Below the pieces are notes generated by a model, which saw nothing but the letters and a program-made list of their open reading frames with translations, was not told where the DNA came from and made no database searches. From an uncultured virus (IMG/VR IMGVR_UViG_3300037483_001817) (Duplodnaviria > Heunggongvirae > Uroviricota > Caudoviricetes): a stretch of 64,000 bases of DNA. Below are positions 1 through 12,408 of the stretch, piece after piece. The stretch lies in IMG/VR virus record IMGVR_UViG_3300037483_001817. One strand, 5' to 3'. How positions within the stretch are numbered: position 1 is the stretch's first letter; every line of letters begins with the position of its first letter. A program made the translations under genes and the position numbers.

Positions 1-57
1 GTTGCCGCTGTCGACGGGCGTCCCGGTCTTGCCCACACAGTCAGCACACATCACTGC

Positions 58-629
58 ATGCCCGAGGATGCTCTGTGTGCCAAACCGCTTCATGATCTCG
101 AGCTCGGGTACGACATCTTGATCGCGCTCGCCGAGTTGGAGCTGCGCTCCAGGCAGATTCCTGCGGCAATCGAAAACGTCCGATCAACACGCATGTCCGT
201 CGAATCCGCCAAAGCAGCGCTCGCCGCCGCCAGGCACGAACATGCGCGGTCCGAAGCCGAGATCCTCATCGCGCTCGGGTACCACGAGAAGGCCGAAGCA
301 TTGGGCTTCCCCCTCCTGCACGAACGAACCTCCTGATGGCGAGGGCGGAAAAGCACGTCCTGACCGAGACGGACTACTGCGCCACGATGTTCGAGCATCC
401 GAAAGTCAACGGGCGCTACCGGTGCACGGCCGCTGGGCGTTACATGGACACGGACGGGCGAGTGATCTGCGAGCGGTGCGCCGTTGATCTCGTGGTAGTT
501 AAGCTCACCGACGTCCCGAAGCTCATCAATCTCGTCGATCGCCTCGTCGAGCTGACACCACCGATGACCAACGATCTGCGAGCACAACTGCGCACCCTGG
601 TGAGCCGTTTGGCGAAAGTTTCGCCGTGA
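58..629 (+). CDS. Two small hypothetical proteins (58-336; 336-629 with a CxxC motif)
   Basis: Coupled ORFs (TGATG overlap) in the + strand block; CERC in the second. Confidence 0.6.
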
Positions 630-1195
630 TCACGCTCGTGCATGGCGGGCAGACCGGCGTTGATCGCGGCGGCCACGAAGGCGCGATCGACAACGGCTGG
701 CGGATCGCGGGCTACATGCCGAGCGACGCGCGTGACGAGCTCGGTGCGATCCCAGAGGCGGTCGCACGATTTCTCGTGCCGCACGACAAGGCGCGCTACT
801 CCGCGCGCACCGAGGCAAATGTAGCCTCGGTCAACGCTGCACTGATCGTCGTGCGCGACGCGAACGCCCCGCGGGAGACGCCAGGCACTGCCATGACGAT
901 CGACCTGGCTGCCCAGCGGCAGCTGCCCCGCAAGATCGCCGATCCGAGTACCGATGCGACGCAGATCGCCCTCTGGATTTGGAACGATCTGCTCAGGCCA
1001 AGCACGCTGATGCTGCCGCTCGACGGATTCCAGCCCGATCCAGTGACCACACGGCTGCTAATCGCCGGCCCACGCGAGAGTAAATGGCGTGGCGCGCAAG
1101 CCGATACAGCGGAACTCCTGCGCCAGATCGCCCTCGCGATCACCGAGATCCGCACCCCCATCCCAGATCAAGATCTGTCCCTCCAGCAGCGATAA
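626..1195 (+). CDS. SLOG superfamily protein, cpYpsA / 'putative molybdenum carrier' type
   Basis: Family motifs HGGQTGVDRG, YSARTEANV, GTAMT and IAGPRESK. Confidence 0.85.
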   Translation: MITLVHGGQTGVDRGGHEGAIDNGWRIAGYMPSDARDELGAIPEAVARFLVPHDKARYSARTEANVASVNAALIVVRDANAPRETPGTAMTIDLAAQRQLPRKIADPSTDATQIALWIWNDLLRPSTLMLPLDGFQPDPVTTRLLIAGPRESKWRGAQADTAELLRQIALAITEIRTPIPDQDLSLQQR

Positions 1196-1208
1196 TATCC
1201 GACCAGAC

Positions 1209-2081
1209 ATGCAGAAAAAGGGTCCCAAGTCCATTCCGAGCCAGGTCCAGCTGCCTGGTGGCATCACGCTCAAGGGCGTGCCGTTCAAGATCGTCGAGTA
1301 CAACCCGGATGGCACACCAAAGCTGTTCGAGCTGCTGCCGCTCGGCGCTGCGTTCGACATCACGGAGAACGATACGTGCGTGCTGTTCGCACGGGAAACG
1401 GTCATGCGAAAGCCGTGGCAGAACGGGAAGCCGCCGAAGGAAAGCTGACCCGAACGTATCGGCCACCGCAGCAAGAAAAGTTGCGCGCTACGTGGAGCTG
1501 GGAGAGCGTTGAACCGTGACCGATTCCAAGAACATCACTGAAGCGACGACCCTCGCCGAGTTGCGCGAGCAATGCCTCCTCCTCGAAGTCATCTCACTCC
1601 GGCTCTATCCATCCATGAACGGCGAGGGACGCACAGCGGGCGTGCATCACGCGACGGGGATCTATGTGGACACAGGGCCGACCGAGGCGACGGCGATCGA
1701 GGCAGCCTTTGTCAAGCTCCGACACGCGCTTCTGTCCGAGCCACTCAAGCAGTACCTTGAAGAGATCGAAGACAAGGAGTCGCGATGAAGCATCGTTTCA
1801 TTCCCCTCGCCACGATCAAGCGCTACGAGACGCTCGCGCGCAAACGCAAGGTCTCCGAAGTCGCGCGAGGGCCCGGAGGCTTTCTGCCCGCATACAAGCG
1901 CGCAGGATCTGCGGCGGCGCTTCCCGACTACTGGCGGAGCAAGCGCGAAGCCTTCATCGCCCGGCACATGGCGCAGGTCGAGGAGCGTAACGAGCCTTTG
2001 TGGGATTTGGACGGGCATCCCTCTCATCGTCACCTGGCGCTCATTATGTGGGCCTACTCGCCCGCAGCAAGTCGTCTATAG
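1209..2081 (+). CDS. Three small hypothetical proteins (1209-1448, 1516-1788, 1785-2081)
   Basis: Protein-like composition, co-oriented, ATGA overlap at 1785-1788. Confidence 0.6.
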
Positions 2082-2093
2082 AAGGACCTCGTC

Positions 2094-2603
2094 ATGACGC
2101 GCAAGAAGACAGGTGCCCAGCTCGATCGAGATGTCGCGAAGGCCCTCAAGAAGCCTGCGTTGACGGTCAAGCGCGCCGACGAGGTCATCCGCGCAGCGCA
2201 GCTGGAGGGCTTCAGCGGCCGATGCGGCCGTGTCGCGATCGCGATCAACAGCATCTTGTTTGACAACAAGGGGCGCTACGTCGTCGCCACGAACCCCGCG
2301 ATCAACAAACACCGCGGGCAGCTGTTCATGGGTCACGTCGTCGTCGAGTGGAAGAAACGGCTGTTCGACGCAACGGGTGTCATCAACGACGAGGACACGA
2401 TCGAGTCTTGGGGAATGGTCGACCACACCGATCCAGACTACGACTACCTCACCGAGGACGAAGCCAACGACGGTCAACTTCACTACATCGACGACCTGTT
2501 CCGAAGTCGCGCAGAGCAAGAGAAGGCCATCGAGGTTGGAACGCGGGGACAGTGCCCGCTGCGCGATGTGGAGAAAGCCCTCCGCGAGGCCATGGAGTCA
2601 TGA
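2094..2603 (+). CDS. Hypothetical protein with N-terminal AQLDREI-type tag
   Basis: Starts MTRKKTGAQLDRDVAKAL. Confidence 0.8.
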   Translation: MTRKKTGAQLDRDVAKALKKPALTVKRADEVIRAAQLEGFSGRCGRVAIAINSILFDNKGRYVVATNPAINKHRGQLFMGHVVVEWKKRLFDATGVINDEDTIESWGMVDHTDPDYDYLTEDEANDGQLHYIDDLFRSRAEQEKAIEVGTRGQCPLRDVEKALREAMES

Positions 2604-3103
2604 TGCGCAAGAAGATCAGCGAAGAGGACGCAGTGAAGATCGCCGAGCTGCGTGCTACCTATGAAGAGACCCGGCGCACCGCAGCAGTCGAACCTACTGC
2701 GGCAACACGGGCCGCCGCGAAGGAGGCATGGGCAGCGCTGGACGCCGCGAGCCCCCGCACGGCGACGAAGACGAGCTTTGCAAGCCGCGCCGGCAAGAGA
2801 CAGGACGCGCAAGGGATCCGCGCTTATCGACAGGGCCGATCGCACGCGACGAAGAAGACCCCAGCCCAGCTCAATCGCGAAATCGCCGCCGCGCTCGCGT
2901 CCGAGGACGAGGGCGTCTTCTACCTCACCGACACCAGGGAGCAGCCGCTGGAACTCGAGTTCTCATCCCGCCCCGCGGCAAAGCGCGCGGCAATGAAACT
3001 CGTACGCGAAGGCGTGCACCCCAGGGTTGAAATCTGGCACCGATGGCACGGCGGTCGCTACATGCAGGGCCTCGCAGACGAGGACGGCTGGTCCGATGTC
3101 TAA
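2600..3103 (+). CDS. Hypothetical protein with internal AQLDREI-type tag
   Basis: ATGA overlap at 2600; contains HATKKTPAQLNREIAAAL (2852-2896). Confidence 0.75.
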   Translation: MMRKKISEEDAVKIAELRATYEETRRTAAVEPTAATRAAAKEAWAALDAASPRTATKTSFASRAGKRQDAQGIRAYRQGRSHATKKTPAQLNREIAAALASEDEGVFYLTDTREQPLELEFSSRPAAKRAAMKLVREGVHPRVEIWHRWHGGRYMQGLADEDGWSDV

Positions 3104-4128
3104 GTTACGCTACGCAAAGTTCACGCTGACCGACGGCACGCGTTTCATCCTGCGCGTCACCAGCGAGTCGCCCACCATCGTCCGAGGCTACGAGGTCAAT
3201 GCCGACGGCGACGAGGTCGTTCCGCCCGGCGCCTGCAACCGGTTGCGCATCGTCGGGCGCGACTTCATCAAGAAGACCGTCGAAATGCGCATGAACAACA
3301 AGTACGCGACGCTTGAGGTCGTACCGCACGAGGCGGGCGCCATCGCGAAGCTTGTGAACATCGTCACCGACACCGCGACGCTCGCCGAAGCGCTGTACCC
3401 AGGCAGCGGCCTTCCGACAATGAACACCGGCGTCTACGAGGGCACACGGACTCCGATCAGAAAGCTCACCGGCCGTGAGGTCGTCACGGTAGCCGGCACG
3501 ACCGCGGGCGCGAAGGTCCTGTCCGACGAGACCTGGATCATCGACCGCTTCGGACCGCTCGGCGCGAGGCAGATCAAGAAGCTGCGCGAGCTCACGAAGG
3601 AAGCATTATGAGCAGAAAACTGAACTACGGCGACTTCTCGCGGACCGGCTACCAGGACTGCGCCAACGTGTTCGACACGAACAACCACAACGACGCCTGG
3701 CACCGCCTCGGCAAGCCGCGTGGGACCGGCGTCGCCATCAAGGTCGTGCGTGAGGCGTGGGGAAACGACGAGGACCAGTACGAGCAATGGCTTTCTCAGG
3801 CCGACGTCGACGAGATTCTCAAAGACGGCCTCGAACTGCGGTCCGCATATCGGGCGTGGCGTGACGCCTGGCAGGGCTGCGCGGAGAGCGCCGTGAAAGC
3901 CGACCTGAAGGAGTGGATCGCGCAAGAAGACGAAGAAGACCGATGAAGTCCAAGGCCGATCCGCACAAGCTCATGATCGAAGGCAAAGGGCCCTCGACAA
4001 TGGGCCGCTGTGCGTGCGGCACCGTCTTTCTGTCGGGTCTCGGCCGCGGCACCGAACGGCAGCAAGTCCGCGACCAGCATACCAGGCACCTCACGAACGT
4101 TGCGTGGATGGAGTCGTTGCCAAAATGA
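3096..4128 (+). CDS. Three hypothetical proteins (3096-3611, 3608-3946, 3943-4128)
   Basis: Chain of overlapping start/stop codons. Confidence 0.65.
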
Positions 4129-4535
4129 CCAAGACCCCTGCCCAACTAGACGCTGAGATTGCCGAAGCGCTCGGCAAGGACCGATCGACGCATCCGAACG
4201 TCATCGAATACGCCGTGCAATACCTTTTCAAGAACAAGACACCAAAGGCTGCCGCCGCGGCCACGGCGAAGAAGCTATCCGGCGGTCCGAATATGTTCTT
4301 GGACGTGCATCCACCCGACGTTGTGAAGATCGACGTGTCCCAGCTCGAAGGCGCTGTTTGGGATCGAATGGTTGACTACACGCTCAAGGGCGTCGCCAGC
4401 TTCAAGGCCGACAAAGCACACTGGGCCCTCGACGGCGCTCTTCAACGCTTCCACCAGCGCCCGAGCCTGCGCGCAGAGCTCAAGCGCCGCGTGATCGAAC
4501 GGCTTGGCCGCGATCCATTCGAGGGCCTCGAATGA
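4125..4535 (+). CDS. Hypothetical protein with N-terminal AQLDREI-type tag
   Basis: ATGA overlap; starts MTKTPAQLDAEIAEAL. Confidence 0.8.
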   Translation: MTKTPAQLDAEIAEALGKDRSTHPNVIEYAVQYLFKNKTPKAAAAATAKKLSGGPNMFLDVHPPDVVKIDVSQLEGAVWDRMVDYTLKGVASFKADKAHWALDGALQRFHQRPSLRAELKRRVIERLGRDPFEGLE

Positions 4536-4975
4536 CAAAGTCCGCCCAACTGGATCGGGAGATCACCGAAGCGCTAAACGGCCCCGCATGGCTGGTCTCT
4601 CAAACGAAAAAGCGCGTCGATCCGAAGTCCTTCCGCGATCTCATCCAGAAGGCCGTCAAGTTCCCCGAGTTCAAGGCACCCTCGAAATACACGTGGGACT
4701 TGATCCGTGGCGTCCCTATCCGCGAGCTGGATCCAGGATCGAAGTTCGACTATGAGACGGATCCCGAGAGTAACGACGAGGAAGCCGGCGAGAATCTCGC
4801 GCGCTACCACCGGGTTGAAGCGCTCCTCGTCCACCAGGGAAAGAAGCCTTGGCCCATTGTCGTGGGTCAAGACGGCGCGGTGATCGACGGCCACCATCGG
4901 CTAGCCGTGCTCTCCGATCATGGAGCCGAAACGGTAGACGTCCTGTGGGTCCGGCCAAAGGGCAAGTACCGGTGA
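4532..4975 (+). CDS. ParB/sulfiredoxin-like domain protein with N-terminal tag
   Basis: PIVVGQDGAVIDGHHRL is the ParB/Srx signature; starts MTKSAQLDREITEAL. Confidence 0.75.
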   Translation: MTKSAQLDREITEALNGPAWLVSQTKKRVDPKSFRDLIQKAVKFPEFKAPSKYTWDLIRGVPIRELDPGSKFDYETDPESNDEEAGENLARYHRVEALLVHQGKKPWPIVVGQDGAVIDGHHRLAVLSDHGAETVDVLWVRPKGKYR

Positions 4976-5364
4976 CCAAGACCGCCGCCCAACTCGACGC
5001 CGAAATCGCCGAGGCCCTGCACGCCAAGGCCGTCCAATCATCAGAGGCCGCCAAGCGCCTGTCCGACGGCGTCTATGACGCCGCCGAGCACCGCGCCGCG
5101 GCCAAGGCACATCGACGCACAGCTCGACTTCACAAAGCTGATCCGACCGGGGGCGACGCTGCGTGGCTGCACGAGCTGGCCGCGATCAATCACCGACAAG
5201 CAGCCACGGCACGTGCCTCTCGAGCACTCACGGCGGCGAACCCGGCACGGACGCAGAAGACCTTCGCCGCGTTCAAGGAGAAGCTCTCCGCCGCCAACGA
5301 GCACACGTCGATGGCCCAGGAGTACGCACGACAGGCGCTCGCCGCGGCAAAAAAGCGCCCATGA
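4972..5364 (+). CDS. Ala/His-rich helical protein with N-terminal tag
   Basis: GTGA overlap; starts (M)TKTAAQLDAEIAEAL. Confidence 0.75.
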   Translation: MTKTAAQLDAEIAEALHAKAVQSSEAAKRLSDGVYDAAEHRAAAKAHRRTARLHKADPTGGDAAWLHELAAINHRQAATARASRALTAANPARTQKTFAAFKEKLSAANEHTSMAQEYARQALAAAKKRP

Positions 5365-5759
5365 GGAATGCAGGGACACCTACGATCTCGATCGCCACGC
5401 CATGGGGCGAAGCAACCGTCACGGTTGAAATCGCGTCGACACCGGCTGAGATCGCGCGTGGTCTCATGTACCGAAATCATCTTCCGTACGATGCCGGGAT
5501 GCTGTTTGTCATGGGCAGCGACGCCGTGTGGTCGTTCTACATGCGAAACACCTTCATCCCACTCGACATGATCTTCATCACGCGTGATTTGACCGTCGCA
5601 GGCATGATTGCCAACGCTGAGCCCTGCACCAACACGCTGCGCAGCATCCACAAGCCGTCGTCGTACGTGCTGGAGGTGAACGGCGGATGGGCCGCTGCCC
5701 ACCAGATCACCGCGGGCGCCAAGGTGCGTCCAGGGCACCAGGACAAGAGGCACGGCTGA
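5361..5759 (+). CDS. DUF192 family protein
   Basis: VEIASTPAEIARGLMYR..GMLFV..FYMRNTFIPLDMIFI..YVLEVNGG matches DUF192. Confidence 0.9.
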   Translation: MRNAGTPTISIATPWGEATVTVEIASTPAEIARGLMYRNHLPYDAGMLFVMGSDAVWSFYMRNTFIPLDMIFITRDLTVAGMIANAEPCTNTLRSIHKPSSYVLEVNGGWAAAHQITAGAKVRPGHQDKRHG

Positions 5760-5761
5760 AC

Positions 5762-6881
5762 ATGCAAGAGCGGCGTTTAGAAGAGCGTGAAGTTTTTGAA
5801 GACGTAACGACTGAATGGGGTCCTGCGTGGGAACAGCCAGCAGGTTCGCGTTACTGGAACGAAGCCGACTGGCGAGCTTACGTCCGACAGCGCAACGCCG
5901 AGTTGAAAGCAAAAGGATCCTATACGCGTGTCCGAAGCGTGCCGGTGAACGAGTAACCTACCGCACAAACATCAAGGCGAGGACGAAGAACACATGAGCG
6001 ATCCGATACGCAACATCATGGGTGACGGCTTTATCGAGCTGCGTTGTTGCGGGCAGATCGCTGGCTTCGTGAACGCGCGCCTGTTCACCCCGGAAACGAA
6101 CGAGCGCTTCTGTGCGATCCAGCAAAGTCTTGGCAAGGCATGGGAAGAAGACGCCGAGGTCAGGACATTGCTGTCAGATCCCGCCTCCTACGGACCCCCG
6201 GCTGACGGCACGCCAATCCTGTTTCCGTGCGGTACATGTGGTGCGCAATTCGCCTGGGCCGGTGGCAGACCCGTCCAGATCTCGTCGACGTGATCCCCGT
6301 GCAGTCCCCTGTCAAATCCCACTATCCAACCAAGTAGACTCCCCATTGATGCCCGCTTGCTCCAACCCTCCGAACCGACCACCACGCGAAGTGATCGATC
6401 GCCTGATCGACTCCATCGCGTGGGCGAAGACCTGCATGCTCCTCGCCGCGGCAACGGCGCCGAAAACGCCCGCGCGAGAGCACGAGCTGGAGAAGCTCCG
6501 TAAAGCCGTCATCGAACCACGACGCGACGTCGACGCTGTCTTCAACCAAGGGAAGTCCCTGCCGCGCGAGCTGCTCATCGAGCTGCGGACGTGCGAGCTG
6601 GCGATCCCGAAGCTTGAGACAGGCGCTGTGCTCCGGCAGACAACCGAAGGCACGCCATGAAAACCCGCGAGCTGCGACGGCAATGCGAACGGTTCACCGC
6701 ACGCGTGATCGCAGAGGGCGCCAACCCTGACGAGCTCGCCGGTCTCATGATCGGATCGCTGATGCGCATCATGCGCGACCGCGGCGTCTCGCGAGAGCTA
6801 TACCTGCAAGCGTGCGCGCTGCTGTGGGACAACAACAACCCGACCGATGTCCCCGTGGACGAAGAAGAGCGGGGGAGCTGA
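5762..6881 (+). CDS. Four small hypothetical proteins (5762-5956, 5994-6293, 6349-6660, 6657-6881)
   Basis: Co-oriented ORFs; 5994-6293 has CC and CxxC pairs. Confidence 0.55.
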
Positions 6882-6884
6882 CCG

Positions 6885-8003
6885 ATGCAGGACCTTTACG
6901 CGGTGCTCGGTGTCGAGCGAGCAGCATCCCAGGCCGACCTCAAGAAGGCGTACCGAAAACTCGCGCAGCAGTACCACCCCGATCACCACCCGGGTGACAA
7001 AAGCGCCGAGGACAAGTTCAAGGAAGCTGCGAACGCCTACCACATCCTCTCGGACGACGAGAAACGTGCCGCCTACGATCGCTGGGGCCACGACGGCCTA
7101 CGCCGCGGCGGCGGTGGAGCTGGTCCAGGCCCCGGCCCAGGAGGATTCGGCGGCGGCTTCGAGAACGTTGAGGATATCTTCTCCGCGTTCGGCGATCTAT
7201 TCGGCGATTTCTTCGCGGGGCGTGGGAGAGCGCGACAGGCAGGGCGCGGCGCCGATCTCAGCGTCGATCTGTCGATCGCGTTTCACGAGGCCGTGTGGGG
7301 TGTGCGAAAGAGCGTCGAGATCACGCGATCGGTTGGCTGCTCGACGTGCCGCGGGACTGGCGCAGCAAACGGCGTTAGACCAGAAGTCTGCCGCGGATGC
7401 CAGGGTAAGGGCCAAGTCACCCACCCCCAGGGTTTCTTCATGGTGCAGACGACGTGCGCGCAGTGTCAGGGCGCTGGCAAAACGATCAAAGATCCCTGCC
7501 GTGACTGCCGTGGTCGCGCGATCCGGTCGGAGACCTCGACGCTGACCGTGACCGTGCCGGCCGGCGTCGACAAAGGGCAGACACTTCGCATCGCCGGCAA
7601 GGGCGAGAGCCTCCCTGGCGGCACCCCGGGCGACCTCTACGTCATACTGCTCGTCGCCGAGGACAAGCGCTTCGAGCGTGACGGCAACGACATTATCAGC
7701 GAGGTGCCCATCAGCTTCTTCCAAGCCGCGCTCGGCGGCGAGATCGAGGTCGACACACTCGACGAGGGTTGTGAAGGAACTGCGATCCTCGAGCTACGGC
7801 CCGGGACACAACCCGGAGACGAGATCGTGCGCCGCGGCCAAGGCATCCAGCACGTGACCGACCACGGTCGCGGCGACCACTACATCCGCTTCTCCATCGA
7901 GATTCCCAAGAAGCTGACCTCCAAGCAGGAGAAACTCCTGCGCGAGTTAGCAGCAGATTTCGGTGAGGATCGATCACGCCCCAAGAAGAAGGCGAAACGG
8001 TGA
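6885..8003 (+). CDS. dnaJ: Molecular chaperone DnaJ (class A, full length)
   Basis: J-domain with HPD, G/F-rich region with DIF/DLF, four CxxCxGxG-type motifs, C-terminal GDLYV and LTSKQEKLL segments. Confidence 0.97.
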   Translation: MQDLYAVLGVERAASQADLKKAYRKLAQQYHPDHHPGDKSAEDKFKEAANAYHILSDDEKRAAYDRWGHDGLRRGGGGAGPGPGPGGFGGGFENVEDIFSAFGDLFGDFFAGRGRARQAGRGADLSVDLSIAFHEAVWGVRKSVEITRSVGCSTCRGTGAANGVRPEVCRGCQGKGQVTHPQGFFMVQTTCAQCQGAGKTIKDPCRDCRGRAIRSETSTLTVTVPAGVDKGQTLRIAGKGESLPGGTPGDLYVILLVAEDKRFERDGNDIISEVPISFFQAALGGEIEVDTLDEGCEGTAILELRPGTQPGDEIVRRGQGIQHVTDHGRGDHYIRFSIEIPKKLTSKQEKLLRELAADFGEDRSRPKKKAKR

Positions 8004-8834
8004 AGAGCGATCCCGCTTGGCCGTCACCGCCAACGCTACGTCGCATGTTGTACTGGGGTGACGGTCTCAGCGGCCGACCTCACGATCACGTGCGTCACGA
8101 CATTCCCGACGTTCATCGCCGCTCGATCACACTCGTCTTGGAGCACGGAAACGACGCGCATCCAGCGACGCAGGCGATGGGTTGGGCGGACTGTCGCATC
8201 TGTGGAGCGAAGCTCGGATCGCGGGATATAACCGCATTCGGTTTCGTCTGGCCCGAGAAGGCCGAACACTATCTCCTCGCGCATCACGTGTGGACACCGG
8301 AGTGCGCGGAGCTTCTTCAAGAAGTCCTGCGCAGAGCACCGCCATGACAGCGCGCGGAATATGCGAACGCTGTGGCGTGACGGTCATCGGATCTCGTGCC
8401 GATCGCCGTGTGTGGGCACACTGCATCTGCGTCGGGTGCCTGCCGCCACCGAAACCATTGCCTCTGATTTACGCTGGCAAGTTTCGTCAAGCGAAGAGGG
8501 ATTCGTGACCTCGCAACCTGACTACTGGATGGACGGGACCACGGTCGTCGAGTTTCGATCTGGCGTCCGCGTGCTGCACATCTCCACCTGCACGGCGCTT
8601 TGTGGCCTGCCAGGTTGTCCCCAGAGCGAGAGCTGCCGGAGCTACTTCATCTATCAGCTACGCTTCCACGGCGACGGATCCCGCGAATGGCGTCGCGCCA
8701 GTTCCGCCGGCATACCTCGCGATCAAGCGATCGCAGAGGCCAGCCGACGCGCCATCGACGCAGAGGCGTTCGCAGATCATCGACCTGAAGATCGCGCCGC
8801 GATCGATCACTGGAACGCGGAGGGATGCCCATGA
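8000..8834 (+). CDS. Three small Cys-containing hypothetical proteins (8000-8347, 8344-8508, 8505-8834)
   Basis: Overlapping start/stop chain, CxxC motifs. Confidence 0.6.
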
Positions 8835-8856
8835 TCGCAGAGCGGCCGGTGAACGC

Positions 8857-9489
8857 GTGAGCCAGGACGAGCGCCGCGCCAAGCGCGCGGGCAAGGTCGT
8901 GCTCCAGCTCTACCGGGACAACGCTTCGTACGTCGCCGAGTCCGCCGAGAGCTTGGGAGTGACCTGCAAGGAGGGCTGTGCGCACTGCTGCATGCTGCCC
9001 GCGACCGCCACGGTCCCCGAGATGGTTCCCATCGTCGAGTACCTCGCGAGCCGTTGCGACTGGGATCGTCGCCGCCCTGCGCTCGAGCGCGAGCTGGCGC
9101 ATCAGCTCTCCGAGTACGCGGGAGTCAACGTCCTCGACGAGCGCGAGCGTGACGCCTTCTTCAAGCGCCAGCTCCCCTGCGCGTTCCTGAAAGACAAGCG
9201 CTGCGAGATCTACGCGGTGAGGCCCGCCGTGTGCCGCTATCACATGGTGGTATCACCGCCTGAGAACTGCGCACTCGGCGCAGGAGATCCCATCGTCGCC
9301 CGCGTTGACTTTCGCAAGATCGAAGCCACGGTCGCGGTCCACGCAGCACAGGCGTTCGGCGAGCTCACGGGAGGCCCGATCGCCCTCGCGTTCGTGCTCG
9401 CGGCCCAGGTCCTCGGCGTCAAGCTCAACGTCGATCGCGAGCTGGTACGTCGCGTGACGAAGGTCAACATCGAGGTGAAACCGTCGTGA
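8857..9489 (+). CDS. YkgJ / CxxCxxCC cysteine-cluster protein
   Basis: CKEGCAHCC ... CAFLKDKRCEIYAVRPAVCR; GTG start at 8857 inferred. Confidence 0.85.
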   Translation: MSQDERRAKRAGKVVLQLYRDNASYVAESAESLGVTCKEGCAHCCMLPATATVPEMVPIVEYLASRCDWDRRRPALERELAHQLSEYAGVNVLDERERDAFFKRQLPCAFLKDKRCEIYAVRPAVCRYHMVVSPPENCALGAGDPIVARVDFRKIEATVAVHAAQAFGELTGGPIALAFVLAAQVLGVKLNVDRELVRRVTKVNIEVKPS

Positions 9490-9637
9490 AACTACTGCGG
9501 CGACTGCTCTGCGCGTTCACGTGGCACTCGTGGGTACCCCTGGTGGTCGAGGCGCGCTTGCTCTGCCAGTGCTCATTCTGCGGGACCCGGCGCTGGATCA
9601 CGCTCTCGTGTTTCGACAAACGATCGTAAGATCTGCC

Positions 9638-10661
9638 ATGACCCTGGAACAAAAAACCCTCGTGGACGCGGCCCTACATCGTTACGGCGCGCATCTCACC
9701 GAAGACAACTTCATTGCGAAAGGTCCCAAAGTGATGAGCGTGCACGTCGATGTACAGAAGGGTCGACTGCGCATGCTCGGAGGAACCTCGGTGCTGGCCA
9801 GCTATCCTGCCGCCCGCATCGAGAAGGGTGTCGGTGACTTCGTCCAGAAGTTCTGGTTTTGGAAACCTGCATGACACGACCGAAGATGCGCGAACGCGCG
9901 CTTGCCGTGACATGTCCGACGTGCGAAGCACCGCCTGGCCAGAGCTGCGGCGGAAACTTCATGGGTCGACCCGACGTTCACCCAAAGCGCATCGTGCTGG
10001 CCGATCGGACGTATCCGCGATGAGAACACTTGCAGTCAAGATCGGAGATCCGTAGGGTGAGCGTCGTGGTCGTGACGACAATCTCCTGCGACGCGGCGAT
10101 CTTGCGCTGCTCGAGCTGCCAGGCAGAAGTCGCCACCGCGTCAGCTGTGTCCGATGTCGACTGCCGGCTGTGCAACGGCACCATGCAGTTCGCTCATCGC
10201 TGCGAGACCGGCTTCTCGCTGCACAAGGACAGCATCTTGATCCGCTGCATCGCCGAGAACAAAGACGGCTGGTGTTGCGAGGCTCGCGGAGGTCGCGACT
10301 TCTGCCCCGCGCATATCCACCTCGCGAATCCAGCCCGCGTCTCGCAGCCGACGCCACGTGCGATCGGCGACCGATGAAACTCCGCGCACGCTGGCACGGT
10401 TCGCCGCCGCGCGTCGGCGACTACCTGGCAAGTCCCACGAGGCCACGCTTCGCGTACCACGTTCGCGGCGTTGCTTGCGTCGACTCGCTCGTGCGCTGGG
10501 ATCCTGTGCAAAAGGCAGAGCTGCGCCGTCTCGCCATCGAAGTCGATCGCGTACCTATCGCTGAGCTGCCAGCTGCGGCACGCGTTCACGCTTGGCGCTG
10601 GGACGCGCGCACGTCGAAAAGAGATCTCACGCACTTACGAGCTGACGCGTTGCCACGCTGA
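9638..10661 (+). CDS. Three hypothetical proteins (9638-9874; ~10057-10377, Cys-rich; 10374-10661)
   Basis: Co-oriented ORFs; starts are approximate. Confidence 0.5.
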
Positions 10662-10702
10662 CCTCGGTCAGTTTCTGGCGGAAGATCGCCCACCAGGGCT
10701 AG

Positions 10703-12404
<1,702 letters not shown>

Positions 12405-12408
<4 letters not shown>

